From Parasitella parasitica NRRL 2501 (lineage: Eukaryota > Fungi > Mucoromycota), in the NCBI GenBank assembly GCA_025201805.1, contig MU619282.1, positions 62,001 through 126,000 of the forward strand: DNA of 64,000 nt. The letters run 5' to 3'. Positions 11,320 through 22,901 of the stretch are shown one piece after another. The first letter of the stretch is position 1. Each line of letters begins with the position of its first letter. The translations under genes and the position numbers were made by a program. The notes beneath the pieces are model-generated. The model saw nothing but the letters and a program-made list of their open reading frames with translations, did no database searches and had not been told where the DNA came from.

Positions 11320-14233
11320 ATGAGTAGCTGGCAACCTTCTGCTCAAGGCCTTTCCGACCTTTTACAACTTTTACGTGAAGCCATCAACCCCACCGATAAC
11401 CAAAATGTGCAAAAGGTAACCATGATTCCAACATGCAAACAGAAATACAGACTAAAAATCATACGCAGAAACTCGAATACTTTAACGAAATCCCTGACTA
11501 CAACAACTATTTAGTCTACATTCTGACCCAAATGCCCCAAGAAGACCAGTATATCCGCTCTGTGGCTGGCTTGACTCTTAAAAACAATATCCGGTCTTAC
11601 TATGCTAATATTCAACCTGCAGTGCTCGATTACGTAAAAGAGTGCTGTCTTGCGCATATTGGCGATACTGCTGTCGGCAAGCCTGTCAGCTTGGTCATAG
11701 CTTCTATCGTCCAATCCGGCAATATTCAAAATTGGCCTCAAGTGCTCGAAGTCTTGCTGGCGAAACTGGATGATCCTAACCTCACTATGGTCGAAGTAAA
11801 TATCGAGAACCGCCTACCCAGCGTCTGTAGTGTGTACTAATGTAGCATGTATTGTATTAGAACGCGTTTAGCACCTTCCAGAAGGTTTGCGAAGACTCTC
11901 CCCGCGACATTGATAACACTATCAATAATGCAAAACCCTTGGATTTCATGATTCCTAAATTCATTCACTTTTTCAACCACCCTGAAGCAAAGATTCGTTT
12001 GAATGCAATTACCTGTGCTTCTCAATTTATTACACTTCGTTCAGAGCCGCTGATGACGAGGATAAACGATTTTTTAGCAGCCCTTTTCAACAGAGCCACA
12101 GATGATAATATCGATATTCGCAAGGCCGTGTGTCAAGCCCTAGTCAGTCTTTTGGAGGCCTCCCCTCAAGTTCTTTTGCCTCATATGCCTAATTTAGTCG
12201 ATTACATGCTTTTCTGCACTCAATCGGAGGACAGTGATCTTGCTCTCGAGGCTTGTGAATTTTGGCTCGTCTTTGCAGAGCAGGATGAGCTACGTGATCA
12301 GCTCCGTCCTTACCTACATAAAGTCGTTCCAGTCTTGCTCAAGGGCATGGTTTACTCTGAAATTGACCTTATGACTCTGGGTGGTGATGAAGATGATGCT
12401 CATATTGCCGATGACGAGCAAGACATCAAGCCTCGTTTCCACAAGGCCAATGTTGTCGAAAACGAACTCACTACAAAGGAGGGTGAATCTGCTAATGCCG
12501 AGAAAAAGAAGAGCGGGTTGCTCGAAGACGACTCAGATGTGGATGATGATGATGAGGAGGATGACGACTATGACGAATTTGAAGACGACGAGTTTTATGG
12601 AGAGTGGAATCTGCGAAAGTGTAGTGCTGCTACTCTTGATGTGCTGTGTACTTCTTTTGAAACCGAAGTTATCCACATCCTGATTCCACTTTTGAAGCAC
12701 GAGCTCGAGAGCTCCGACTGGCTTCATAGAGAATGCGGCATCTTGGCTCTTGGTGCCGCTGCCGAGGGCGGCATGCAAGAAATTGCTCCTCATCTCCCTG
12801 AGCTTGTGCCTTACTTGCTAAGTAATTTGAGAGACCCCAAGGTAATGTGCGATACAGGCAGATAGGAAACAGGCAATTAATGCTTCTAGTAGCCTCTTGT
12901 TAGATCCATCACATGCTGGACTCTTGGCAGATATTGCGGTTGGATCGTCCAAAGTGCGAAACAAAGCCCAGAAGCTCGTCAACATTTTCTGGAGCCTCTT
13001 ACCCAGATTCTTCTGCAACTCATTTTAGACAACAATAAGCGTGTGCAAGAAGCCGCCTGTTCATCTTTCTCGTTGCTTGAAGAAGAAGCTGGCATGGATT
13101 TGGTGCCTTATCTTCAGCCTGTTCTCACAACGCTCTCTGCCGCATTCACCAAATACCAGCACAGAAATCTGCTACTTCTTTACGATACTGTCGGCACTCT
13201 GGCTGATGTTGTTGGTGAGACTCTAAACAACCCTCAGTACATTGATGTCATCATGCCGCCTCTCATCAACAAATGGCAAGAAATATCAGACGATAGCACC
13301 GATTTGTTCCCATTATTAGAATGCCTTTCATCCGTCACAACTGCCTTAGGTAAGGGATTCAAGCCTTTTGCTGAACCTGTTTATTCTCGCTGTATTGTCC
13401 TTGTTTGCAAAACTTTGGAAGAGTGCCGCTTAAGCCGTATGGATTCTTCTCTGGAGGAGCCTGATAAGGACTTTATGATTGTTGCTTTAGATTTGCTGTC
13501 TGGTATTGTCCAAGCGCTCAACACGGATGCCGAACCCCTAGTGGCAAGCACCAACCCTCCAATTGTTCAACTCTTGTCTCTCTGTATCAATGATGAGGTT
13601 GCTGAAGTGCGTCAATCTACATATGCGCTTTTAGGCGATCTCGCCATTTCTTGTTTCGAGCATATTCGTGCCGTTGTTCCTCAATTCATGCCCTCATTAC
13701 TTGAACAGATCAATCCTCGTGCTGAGCATTTGTCTGTATGCAACAATGCCACTTGGGCTGCTGGTGAGATTGCTCTTAAATGGGGCGCTGAAATCAGAGA
13801 ATATGTAGAGCCCTTGCTACAGCGTCTATTCCCTCTCATGGCTAATCCTCAAATACAACGTACTTTGTTAGAGAACGTTGCCATTACAATTGGTCGTCTT
13901 GGTCTTGTTTGCCCCGACATAGTTGCCCCCCATCTCGAGATGTTTATTCAACCTTGGTTAACTGCTCTTACACCTATTCGCAACAATGAAGAAAAATCCT
14001 CTGCTTTCTGTGGCTTATGTGAGATGATCAAGGTCAATCCCCAAGGAGCAGTTAAGGAGTTCCCAGCTTTCTGTACTGCCGTTGCAAACTATCAAAACGT
14101 TACACCTGTTTTACACGAAGCTTTTGGCAATATTCTGATGGGTTATAAGAACATGTTTGGTGCTCAATGGCAACAAATGACATTAATGCCACCAGAAGTT
14201 AAAGCTCTTTTGCAAGAGCGTTATGGTATTTGA
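11320..14233 (+). CDS. KAP104: transportin-1 / importin beta-2, 3 introns
   Basis: MSSWQPSAQGL start, IPDYNNYLVYIL, RSVAGLTLKNNI, ALEACEFW, acidic H8 loop followed by EWNLRKCSAATLDVL, VQEAACS, LLENVAITIGRLG. Confidence 0.95.
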
Positions 14234-14396
14234 AAATCTTGAAAAGAAAATAAATAAATAAATAATAAAGGAATCTCTCTCGTCATACATATTGTATACA
14301 AATGTGAGCTATTGTAAGCCTTTCACGCTGCAAATTTACACTGAATGTAGGAGTAAACAGAAGTAAAAATCGATCCACATAGCAGTTTTTGGAAAA

Positions 14397-17112
14397 AAAA
14401 GTTAAAGTAAATGATACATGTCACGGTGTTTGTGATAATATGTATTAGGGTTTCTGATAACAAAACTTTTTATTTTTGATCAAACAACAACCATTGTGCA
14501 GAAAGCAATAGGGCCACAATACAAAATTGTTTGAACTCCATAATGTTTAAATGTTGATAAATTATTCCAGATATATTCGTTAAATATTAGACATTTAAAT
14601 AAGCTCAAATATTTAGACATGGTCTTTAGAACTGCAAAAGTATTTAAGCTAAATTAAAAACTATCAAAGTATCAAATTATCAAAGTGTATATACTAGTAA
14701 GACCTTAAGTTGTACTTATCTGTCAAATTATGCATTTATAAGATGGCAGTTTATCCCTGAATCTACGTTTAGACCAACCATTTCATTTTGTCTTCTCCTT
14801 TAATGATATGTCTTTTCAAAAATTATAACTTATTCAAGCAAATGACAATATAACTTCACATTACCATTTTATGTACATCTGTTGAGTAAAGTCAGCATAT
14901 CCAATATCAAAGAAAGAATATACAGTCGGGATTCGTTATAACGGATGGGTTGGTGTACAAAATGTGTTTGGTATAGCGAGTTTTCTCTTATTCAAAATTT
15001 GATACTCTACAGTACAGTGCCTGGAACCTGGAATTTATCAAAAGCTTATCATGAAGCTTAACTTTTGTTAGTAAAATTATCTCAATCCCAATCCTAACCT
15101 CTATTTTACTTTCTATTTTACATGTTTAACACCAGAATTACGAAGAAAAAAAAAGAAACTCTTGAACTGATACTAAGCATTATAATAAGCATCAATGGTA
15201 ACAGATCTTCTCTGTCAGTAGCAATTAGCAACTTATGAATTATTTACAAATAACAAGGAGTTATTACGGGAAAACATTGTATTCATTGATTACCCTCTTC
15301 TGCTTCTAACTCGATGAGGCACACATATTTTATCATATTACTATGAGGAAAAGTATACTTGTGGCATCAAAAATACTTACGTTATGGAGCTTTGTCATGT
15401 ACTAGAATTGATTTTGACGTGCTATCATCTCCAGATAGATATTTTTACAGCTTAAAAGCAAGAACTTTAGCTTTGCGTGCATCTTTTTACTGATTTTCAT
15501 AAGGAAAAGTGTCCTGAAAACGCCAGAAATAGTATTCATTGGGAAAAAACTATATTATATATGATTTTGGTACAATTTGAGCATGATTTTTTTTTTCGAT
15601 GCCAAATGACGGATTTTTTCAATTTTTTCCTTGTACCCACACATCCAAAATCATCGATTATGCATTATCCTTGATTTAGACCCCAAAAATGCAACTTTTT
15701 ATCATATTATATATTAGAGGAAAATGATCGTAAAAGACCGTTCCTTGATCTGAAAGACTGGAAATGCGCCATGATTAAGCAAACTATTGACTTTTCCCTC
15801 TTGATCTGTTTTGAGGTTTTCTCGACATAATTCCTTCCATGAGCATACGAGAATTATGAAATAATACCATCTTGTAGAGCGTCCAAAAGTACAGCTATTA
15901 TCATAGACTGACAGCTAGGGTATGCATAGTATCAGAGGATGATGTTTTGCCTTAAAGAAGTAATTTTGTTTCCAAATGGAAAAAAGGAAGTTCCGAAAAA
16001 AATTTCAATTCCCGAATTTGGAACCCGTTAAACCCCCCCAAAAAAAAAAAAAAATGGTTGTTTTTTTTGGGAAAAGCATTAACTTTGAGAAGCCATAGCT
16101 TTCCCAATTCAAGGAAAAAACAATTTTAATTTAGTTAATTTAAATAGCGTGCTCCCTGGCTTTCTAATGGTAGCACTTGCATGTCTGTATCTGGCCTGAC
16201 GATCTCACGCTCCGATTTTGAAAAATACTTTTCCGAGAAAGTCAGAAAAGTCTCTACCTTCATCTGATATCGACTTGAAAAGTATAGAAACTTGCTCTAA
16301 GCTATGCAAATATGTAATCAAAAGGTGCCTTATAGTCTAATGCATTACTTTGAATTGCTTGTTTTTGGTTTGAGATCGTTAAACATTGTTTTCTTACAGC
16401 TTTTGTCTTTTTTGTTACAATAACACACTGAAGTTCGTGTAGAGCAAAAAAAAAAAAAAAAAATTAGGCGCCTAAAATCTACGCTGGCTTTGCAAAGGCG
16501 CACACTTTTGAATCATTCCAATATTATGAAATAGATGGCACAGGTTTGACTAGCTGTTCTGCTGTGCAACTGGATACAGAGAATCCAGCTTGGTACTTGT
16601 CTGACAAGATTTTCTACACTATAAAATACCAGAGAAAAGGGGACAATCTGCCACCAGGATATCACACCCATTCATATAAAATTATTTGTATAGAAATTTT
16701 TGAAATCTCAAGAGTATAAATGCGTTTATCTTTAATCCCGCTCTTCGTTCCTGAATCCAGTTAAAGGTTTTTGATCCATAGTCAATAGACACACTTATAC
16801 CCAGAATTACAGATGTTTGTCAATAGACAACCGTAACCTTTTTTGAAGAATACCTTGAACTTAAAGACATGATTTGGACAGCTTATTTCAAAACACATTC
16901 TCTTTATATTTTCACTATGGAATGAAACAAAGCAATTACTCTTTTTTTCTAAATATGAAATCCCCACTTAAAATCCTTATTTATAGGGAGGCATTTCTCT
17001 TCTCTTAGAAACTCCTTAGCATTTATCAGTAATAATAGGCTTGTTATCAGAAACCCTAATACATATTATCACAAACACCGTGACATGAACGGTATCATTT
17101 ACTTGAACTTTT
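14397..17112 (+). mobile_element. degenerate Tc1/IS630-type DNA transposon bounded by inverted repeats
   Basis: 14417-14463 is a perfect 47-bp reverse complement of 17041-17087, extending to ~70 bp with one indel; stop-ridden transposase remnants on + at ~16180-16930 (GLTISRS; DITPIH...YKCVYL*SRSSFLNPVKGF*SIV; DTLIPRITDVC) match the DNAPIH...YLPPYSPxLNPIExxWS DDE_3 pattern. Confidence 0.75.
14921..15040 (+). mobile_element. pogo/Tigger-like terminal inverted repeat fragment nested in the Tc1 relic
   Basis: TA|CAGTCGGGATTCGTTATAACG followed by degenerate repeats of the GTTATA motif; partner end not found. Confidence 0.4.
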
Positions 17113-17574
17113 ATTGCAGAAACCATAAAAAGATTGTATTTTCATTATATGCATTAATGTTCTAAATAGTCAAGTCGTTTCTCTCCTGGATATGGCTTTT
17201 ATGCGAATCTTGGCACCTTGATTTTATTTTTTGTAAGCAATAAAGTCTGTAATGGATATAATTGTAGTATCTGTGTATTAATAAATGGATCTTAGGAAGA
17301 AGTATTTGAGACTTGATACGATTTATCAGTCGAGCTCGGTGTATTTGTTCATTAGGATCGTTGTGCTTCTCACGTTTTCCTTTGCACTTGTCACCAAAAT
17401 GAACCTCTCATTTCTCGTTGATCACGTCAGAAACAAGAAGAATTCAGATTTCAATGAATTTGTGAACAGCAGTCTAGATGACATTATGACTATCTCCTAT
17501 GGATTCCAAGGCAAGTTCCCAGATTTACTGGTTGCGTGGTGGGGACGGCAATAATGATTAGTTAATAGAAATTA

Positions 17575-17705
17575 ATCAGGTAAAGACCCGTTTATTATAT
17601 TCAAAATAGAGGGTTTATAGACTTCATATAAACTGAACGAAGTGATGTGAAGATAAAGATTATAGTGACGAGATCCGGGAGATAGGGTAGATTGTATCTA
17701 TCACA
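17575..17705 (-). mobile_element. LTR-like relic (copy 1)
   Basis: Minus strand starts TGT, then TATAAA and AATAAA; shares ATAGATACAA.CTA and TATAAACC.TC..TTTTG.AT.TAATAAACG.G.TCTTTAC blocks with 33882-34020. Confidence 0.35.
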
Positions 17706-18488
17706 AATGTCATGTCTTATTGTATTATGATCTGATGTTCTAGTCTTCAGTATAAGTTATATTATATTGGCATCCGGTTTTAGAATTGATACATCATAGA
17801 CATTATTAGGTGTGAATGGACAATGTTGATCCGCATCAATCCCAGAAGCAGATATCAAATCAGTGCATAAACTTATCTGAGGAGGAGTAAAATACGAGAT
17901 GATGGATAGAATATATCTCAACATGGATAGATAATAATATGACAGGAGAAAAAGGTATCGTTTTATTGCATGTATGTACAAAGACAGAGATTTCATTTTC
18001 ATAATTCAAACATTTGCTCATAACTTCTGCTAAAGGAACTGTGGAACCGCAATTGAGCCTGGAAAACATAGCGACAGCTCAGAAGCGCTACGGAATAAAA
18101 GCATTTTTATCCATGAGATATCGATATCGATAAAGTTATCAATAAAAATGAGAATGTAATAAGAACTCTCAATTTGCCAGATACAAAACTAATGATGTCG
18201 ATTTATGTCGAATGAATCCACAACGTGAATCAATCTAAGGATACAGCAGATAGATCATACTTAACATTTAATTGTCAAACAAAGTTATAACGCGGTAATA
18301 GTCATAGTAAACTATTTATATCTAATCAGCTAATTATTATAAATGTGAATTGTTCATCGATAATGTTAGCTTCGTAATTTGGGATAAGTAGAACCCGAAT
18401 AGATGGCTTATCTTTTCAACATTCCATAATTAATTCTACTTTATATAAATTATCGGCGACATTAAACATTAGATCCGATTCAGAAATG

Positions 18489-18502
18489 GTTGCCATGACA
18501 AC
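18489..18502. promoter_or_regulatory. candidate RFX X-box
   Basis: GTTGCCATGACAAC, one mismatch from palindromic GTTGCCATGGCAAC; weaker site TTCTATGGTAAC at 18529-18540. Confidence 0.35.
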
Positions 18503-19221
18503 GTAGTTAAGATATGGTAGCCATTGTATTCTATGGTAACAAAAAGATCTCGGGGGGGGGGTGGAGACCACTCGTGCTATGCAATATATATTCAACGAAC
18601 TGATTTGTTTGCCTTCTATACTAAGGTTTCTTAAGATCAGATTCATCGAAGATGCAACGAGCAGGCTCCAAGGACCTCGAACTTAAGGATTCGAAGAATC
18701 TCAACCCTCAAATTGAAGATGTTTATCATAGAAATCCTTTTTTAGAGCAATGAACTAGTAATAAAGTTTGAACAATTATGGTATTCTTTGTGAGTAGCCA
18801 CCGTATTACGTGATGAGGGACACTAAATAAAATATTGGTTTGTTTGATCCATGGAGAAGTTTGGGATCAGTCGGAAACATGGTTCAAGACAAAAAGATTT
18901 ACATCAAAGCATCAGTGATTCCTATTTTTTTTTGCTTTGATTTTGTTCTAGGTACGCTGTTGTGCTGGTATTACATAGAGTATCTCTATAATCTCCATCT
19001 TCGTAACTATGAATCTAAATCGTTCTTGTAGTCCAGCAAGCAAAACTACCAACCGAAGTTTTTGTTTTTACAATACAACATTAGTATCTCTTAATTGTGT
19101 GATCCCCACATGTATCCTGCTTAACATTGAGCTAAAAGACGTGACTTTAATCATAGTTTACAAACTCGCCCTTTGAATGAATGAAGTAAGGCCTTACACT
19201 TTTCTTTTTTCTGTTTTTTCT

Positions 19222-19256
<35 letters not shown>

Positions 19257-19279
19257 NNNNNNNNNNTCACGATTGAAGC

Positions 19280-21217
19280 ATGACTAGTGTCAGTGTAAGA
19301 CGCTCTAAAGAGGTAAATTCGTTTGATTTCTAAACCAAACAATAAAAGAAAAAAATAAAAATCACAGAAATAGACTGAACTATTATAAAAAGATTAATTC
19401 TTTGGAAGAGCTCCACTATGAATTTGGGCGAATTACTTTGTTATTCAATGGAAAAGAGACCGATGACAACTGGGAATTAAGGGTTGCGTTTTTCAAGAAA
19501 GTAACTACACTTCTTTTATCTGAAAAAGCAGTTGCTTGGAGAGAACACATCGACAAAGGGATACACAACAACATGTCTGCACTCATACTTTCAGTAAGTA
19601 TTCGTTGCCCTGAGATGTCACAATATTAACTTCTTTTTTTGTCAAATTAACAAATAGATTCATAGCAACAGATCAACTGTTGCCGCCGAAGCACTCTCAT
19701 TTGTAGACGGTATTGCGTCTTCAGTTGCCAGCTCAATGTCTATCTACACTCTCGAGATTATCATGAAAAACCTGCTAAAGATCAGCTGCATTACAAAAAA
19801 GGCTTTGGCTGCAAAGGTTCTCAAAGTTACCAACCACCTTTTATCAAAAACGAGCTTTCATACCAAGATAATATCCATGTTATGCAAAACTGGAAACGAA
19901 AAAAATCCTCAGCTTCGAGAATTTTCAGCGTTCTATATTCAAACTGTGCTTGACACACATGGATCAAGCGAAGCTGTCAAATCAAGGATCGCCAAAGCAG
20001 ACCTGAATCAGCTCATTAAAGATTTCATTCAAAAAGGTTTAGTGGATGCTACACCTTCCGTGAGGGAAGCTTGCAAAAGCACATATTCAGTATATAGCAA
20101 GTATTGGCCTAAAGCAGCAGAAACCCTTTTTCAACAAATGGATCTTGCCGTCCAACGCAGATTAGGAGTAAAGCCATCAACATCTGTTACCAAAGCAACA
20201 AAACCAATGATTAATCGTACTATCAAGTCTGTGGGTAGTATTCAAAAGCCAGGCAGCAGAGTTATCATGACCAAATCAAATTCTTATTGCAACAAAAATT
20301 CAATTGCTTCAACCACTGTCAAGGCGATAAAGCCTCGCTCATCATTGCCAACAGCTGCTAGCTCAATGCCAAAAATCTCTATGAAAGCAGAAAGACCGCC
20401 ACTTGAGCGTCGCTCAAGATTGAAGCCATCCACACCATTCATTTCCAACTTTACAAAACCAGCAATTAATCGTACCATGAAGTCTGGAAGCAGTATTTTC
20501 AGACCATTTAACGAAACTGCTGCCACCCAAGCAAACCTGGCAATAGTCAGGAGAGCTGCTGTCGAAACAGCAAATGCCAGGTCATCATGTTCATCAACTG
20601 TTAGTTCCGCAAATAAGTCTATGTTGGCAACTTCTACAACAACCCAAAATCCCACAAGGGAGAAACTCGCGGCAGAAACCCTCACCGCGCGACGTCAATT
20701 AGGAGTAAGGCCAGCAACATTGTCTAAACCTGATTCAACAAGGCCGGCAATCAATCGTACTGTGAAATGCGAAAGCAGCATTGCCAAATCAAGCAGCAGG
20801 CTTTTTATCACCAAAGCAAATTCAGACAAGATCCAGGATGCAATTGCTTCAACTTCTGTCAAGCCAACAAAATCTAGCTCGTCATTCAAACCAATCTCAA
20901 ATACTAAAGGAGTTTATCGTCGGCTAGGAGTCAACCCATTCACATCATCTAGTAATAGAATCCCCAATTTTGCAAAACCTACAATCGGCCAGACTATGAA
21001 ATCTGCAAAGATCGCCAAACCAAGTTCATCTACCACTAAGGATGGGATTGCCTCGGCTACTGCCAAATCCCCTTTAGGCCCAAAAGTATGCTTGACCACA
21101 TTACCAACGCCAACATCATCGGTGTCACCGACTGCTAGCCCATCCATTTCCGGATCTGCGCAGACCTCTTCAGCGCTGCCGCCCTCGTTACCATCCACAT
21201 CAACGCCACCCACATAA
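19280..21217 (+). CDS. truncated CLASP/Stu1-like protein: one CLASP_N (TOG) domain plus basic S/T-rich repetitive tail, 2 introns
   Basis: MTSVSVRRSKE/INSLEEL..FNGKETDDNWELR, IHSNRSTVA, EKNPQLR, IQKGLVDATPSVREACK..Y..YWP are CLASP_N motifs; start is tentative because of the N gap at 19257-19266. Confidence 0.8.
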
Positions 21218-21684
21218 ATCTCCAAACAGCACAAGTAATACTGTGCGACTTTTACCTTATTTGATATGACGATTTAAAGATAAAAAGATAAAAATATGAC
21301 CCAGTTGTTTTTGGTTTTAAATGTAAAGCCTGGTACACCTACGAGCTAGATTTTAGTATTTTAAAGATAACAGACCCATGGCGACAGGTATCCTGCATGC
21401 GGTACGATTATTTCCAAGAAAAGGTGCAGTCTTGGAACGTGCTATTGAAGATATGCTCTAGGTTTGGTCTGTGCAAGCTCGTTTTAAAGATCGAGCATTG
21501 CCATGTGGACCTAATACTAGGGAAAGAAAAGGGCTATTCGATACACAATATGCAAGAAAGCTTAGTCCCACGCACTCCCAGAGCAAACCATATCAGTATT
21601 AAGCAAATGCGGTGACAAAAGTAATTTTTATTGATCAACTACTTGAAGACAGAACTAAAGGAATCCATAGATAAACTAGCGAAT

Positions 21685-22311
21685 TTATAGCTTTTCCTCT
21701 TTAACACCATCCTTGAAGAAAGTGAAGTAAGGAATGATACCATCCTCACGGTAATTCAACAAAGCAACCATACCATCGGGGTCCATGCTTTCGCCAACAT
21801 AAAATTCATAATCTTTGAAATTTCCCAATACCTTCTTGATAAAAGTTGTAGCTTGCTTTTCAAAGATAGAAATACGTTCAGGGTTTGATACTTCCAACTT
21901 TTTCTTGATGGCCTTCATGTATCCCTTGATATATGACATGTAGGTCTTCTTATCAAAGGTAGAGGGGGCCAGCTTGAAAGAATAAACAACGTTGTTAACT
22001 TTTTCAGTGTTGGAGTCTGCGACTTCCTCGTCATCACCACCTTCAGCGGAAGGATTGGCACCGATATCGATATTATCAGCATTATCGGGTGAAATCATAG
22101 CACAATCAACTTCATATACAATATCATCAACTTCCTTTAGAGGCTATGATATTAAAGAATTTAGTCAATGACACTAGCTGAAATCAGCAATGAACTTACG
22201 TAGGCATCAGAAAAAAGTTCGTCACCTATGACATGCATAGAAATTAGTCAGCTGTTGTGTAGATGCCTATAATCATACTTTACCGCTAATAATATCTTTG
22301 AACAAAAGCAT
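21685..22311 (-). CDS. TMA19: translationally controlled tumour protein (TCTP), 2 introns
   Basis: MLLFKDIIS/GDELFSDAY/PLKEVDD, IGANPSAEG, FYVGESMDPDGMVALLNYREDG. Confidence 0.97.
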
Positions 22312-22901
22312 AGTGTTTGATGGATGGAAGTGAAAACTAAGGATGGATGCAACCGAAAGGAAAATTTTCAATAAAAAGCGTCTGGATCTCTTGGCATTTT
22401 TTGATGGCTTGTTGGCGGCATTCTATTTGAGAGGTACCGCACAAATCATATTCAGCCCAGACTTATCTCGTAAACAATGTTCAAGTACCTATGTCGTACT
22501 CTCACTACATACTTGAGGGTACAGCGCATACAAAGGATCACATATAGGTCATACACTTTAGTCATTGAACCACATGTCATTATGAATAAAACCAGAACAC
22601 ACTATACAGTACCTACCCATAAAACAGGTTATCACCAAACAACTCGAGCAGCTCACGCTTAAAATGTCTGCAATATATGCATACGATGAATGGCACTGAA
22701 TGAATACATTATGGCTCGCATGTGCATATTATGATGAATCGAATAATAGTGCATTCTGGATTTCAATAAAATCGAATAGTGGCCTACATATGGTAAAACA
22801 CGTTAAAAGAAAAGATGCACTCTGGGATATTTCATTCTTGTTCTTGTTCTTGTTCTTTTTTATATTTTATTTTATTTTATTTTTTTATACAGTGGGATAA
22901 A

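Noticed and set aside
16782-16967. Minus-strand ORF ending in GYKCVY, resembling the Tc1 motif
   Set aside because: The same bases read as the transposase C-terminus (DTLIPRITDVC) on the plus strand; no other DDE motif on minus, so likely coincidence
17285-18069. Short ORFs at 17285-17554 (+) and 17757-18069 (-)
   Set aside because: No recognisable family and located among TE relics; cannot be supported as genes without a search
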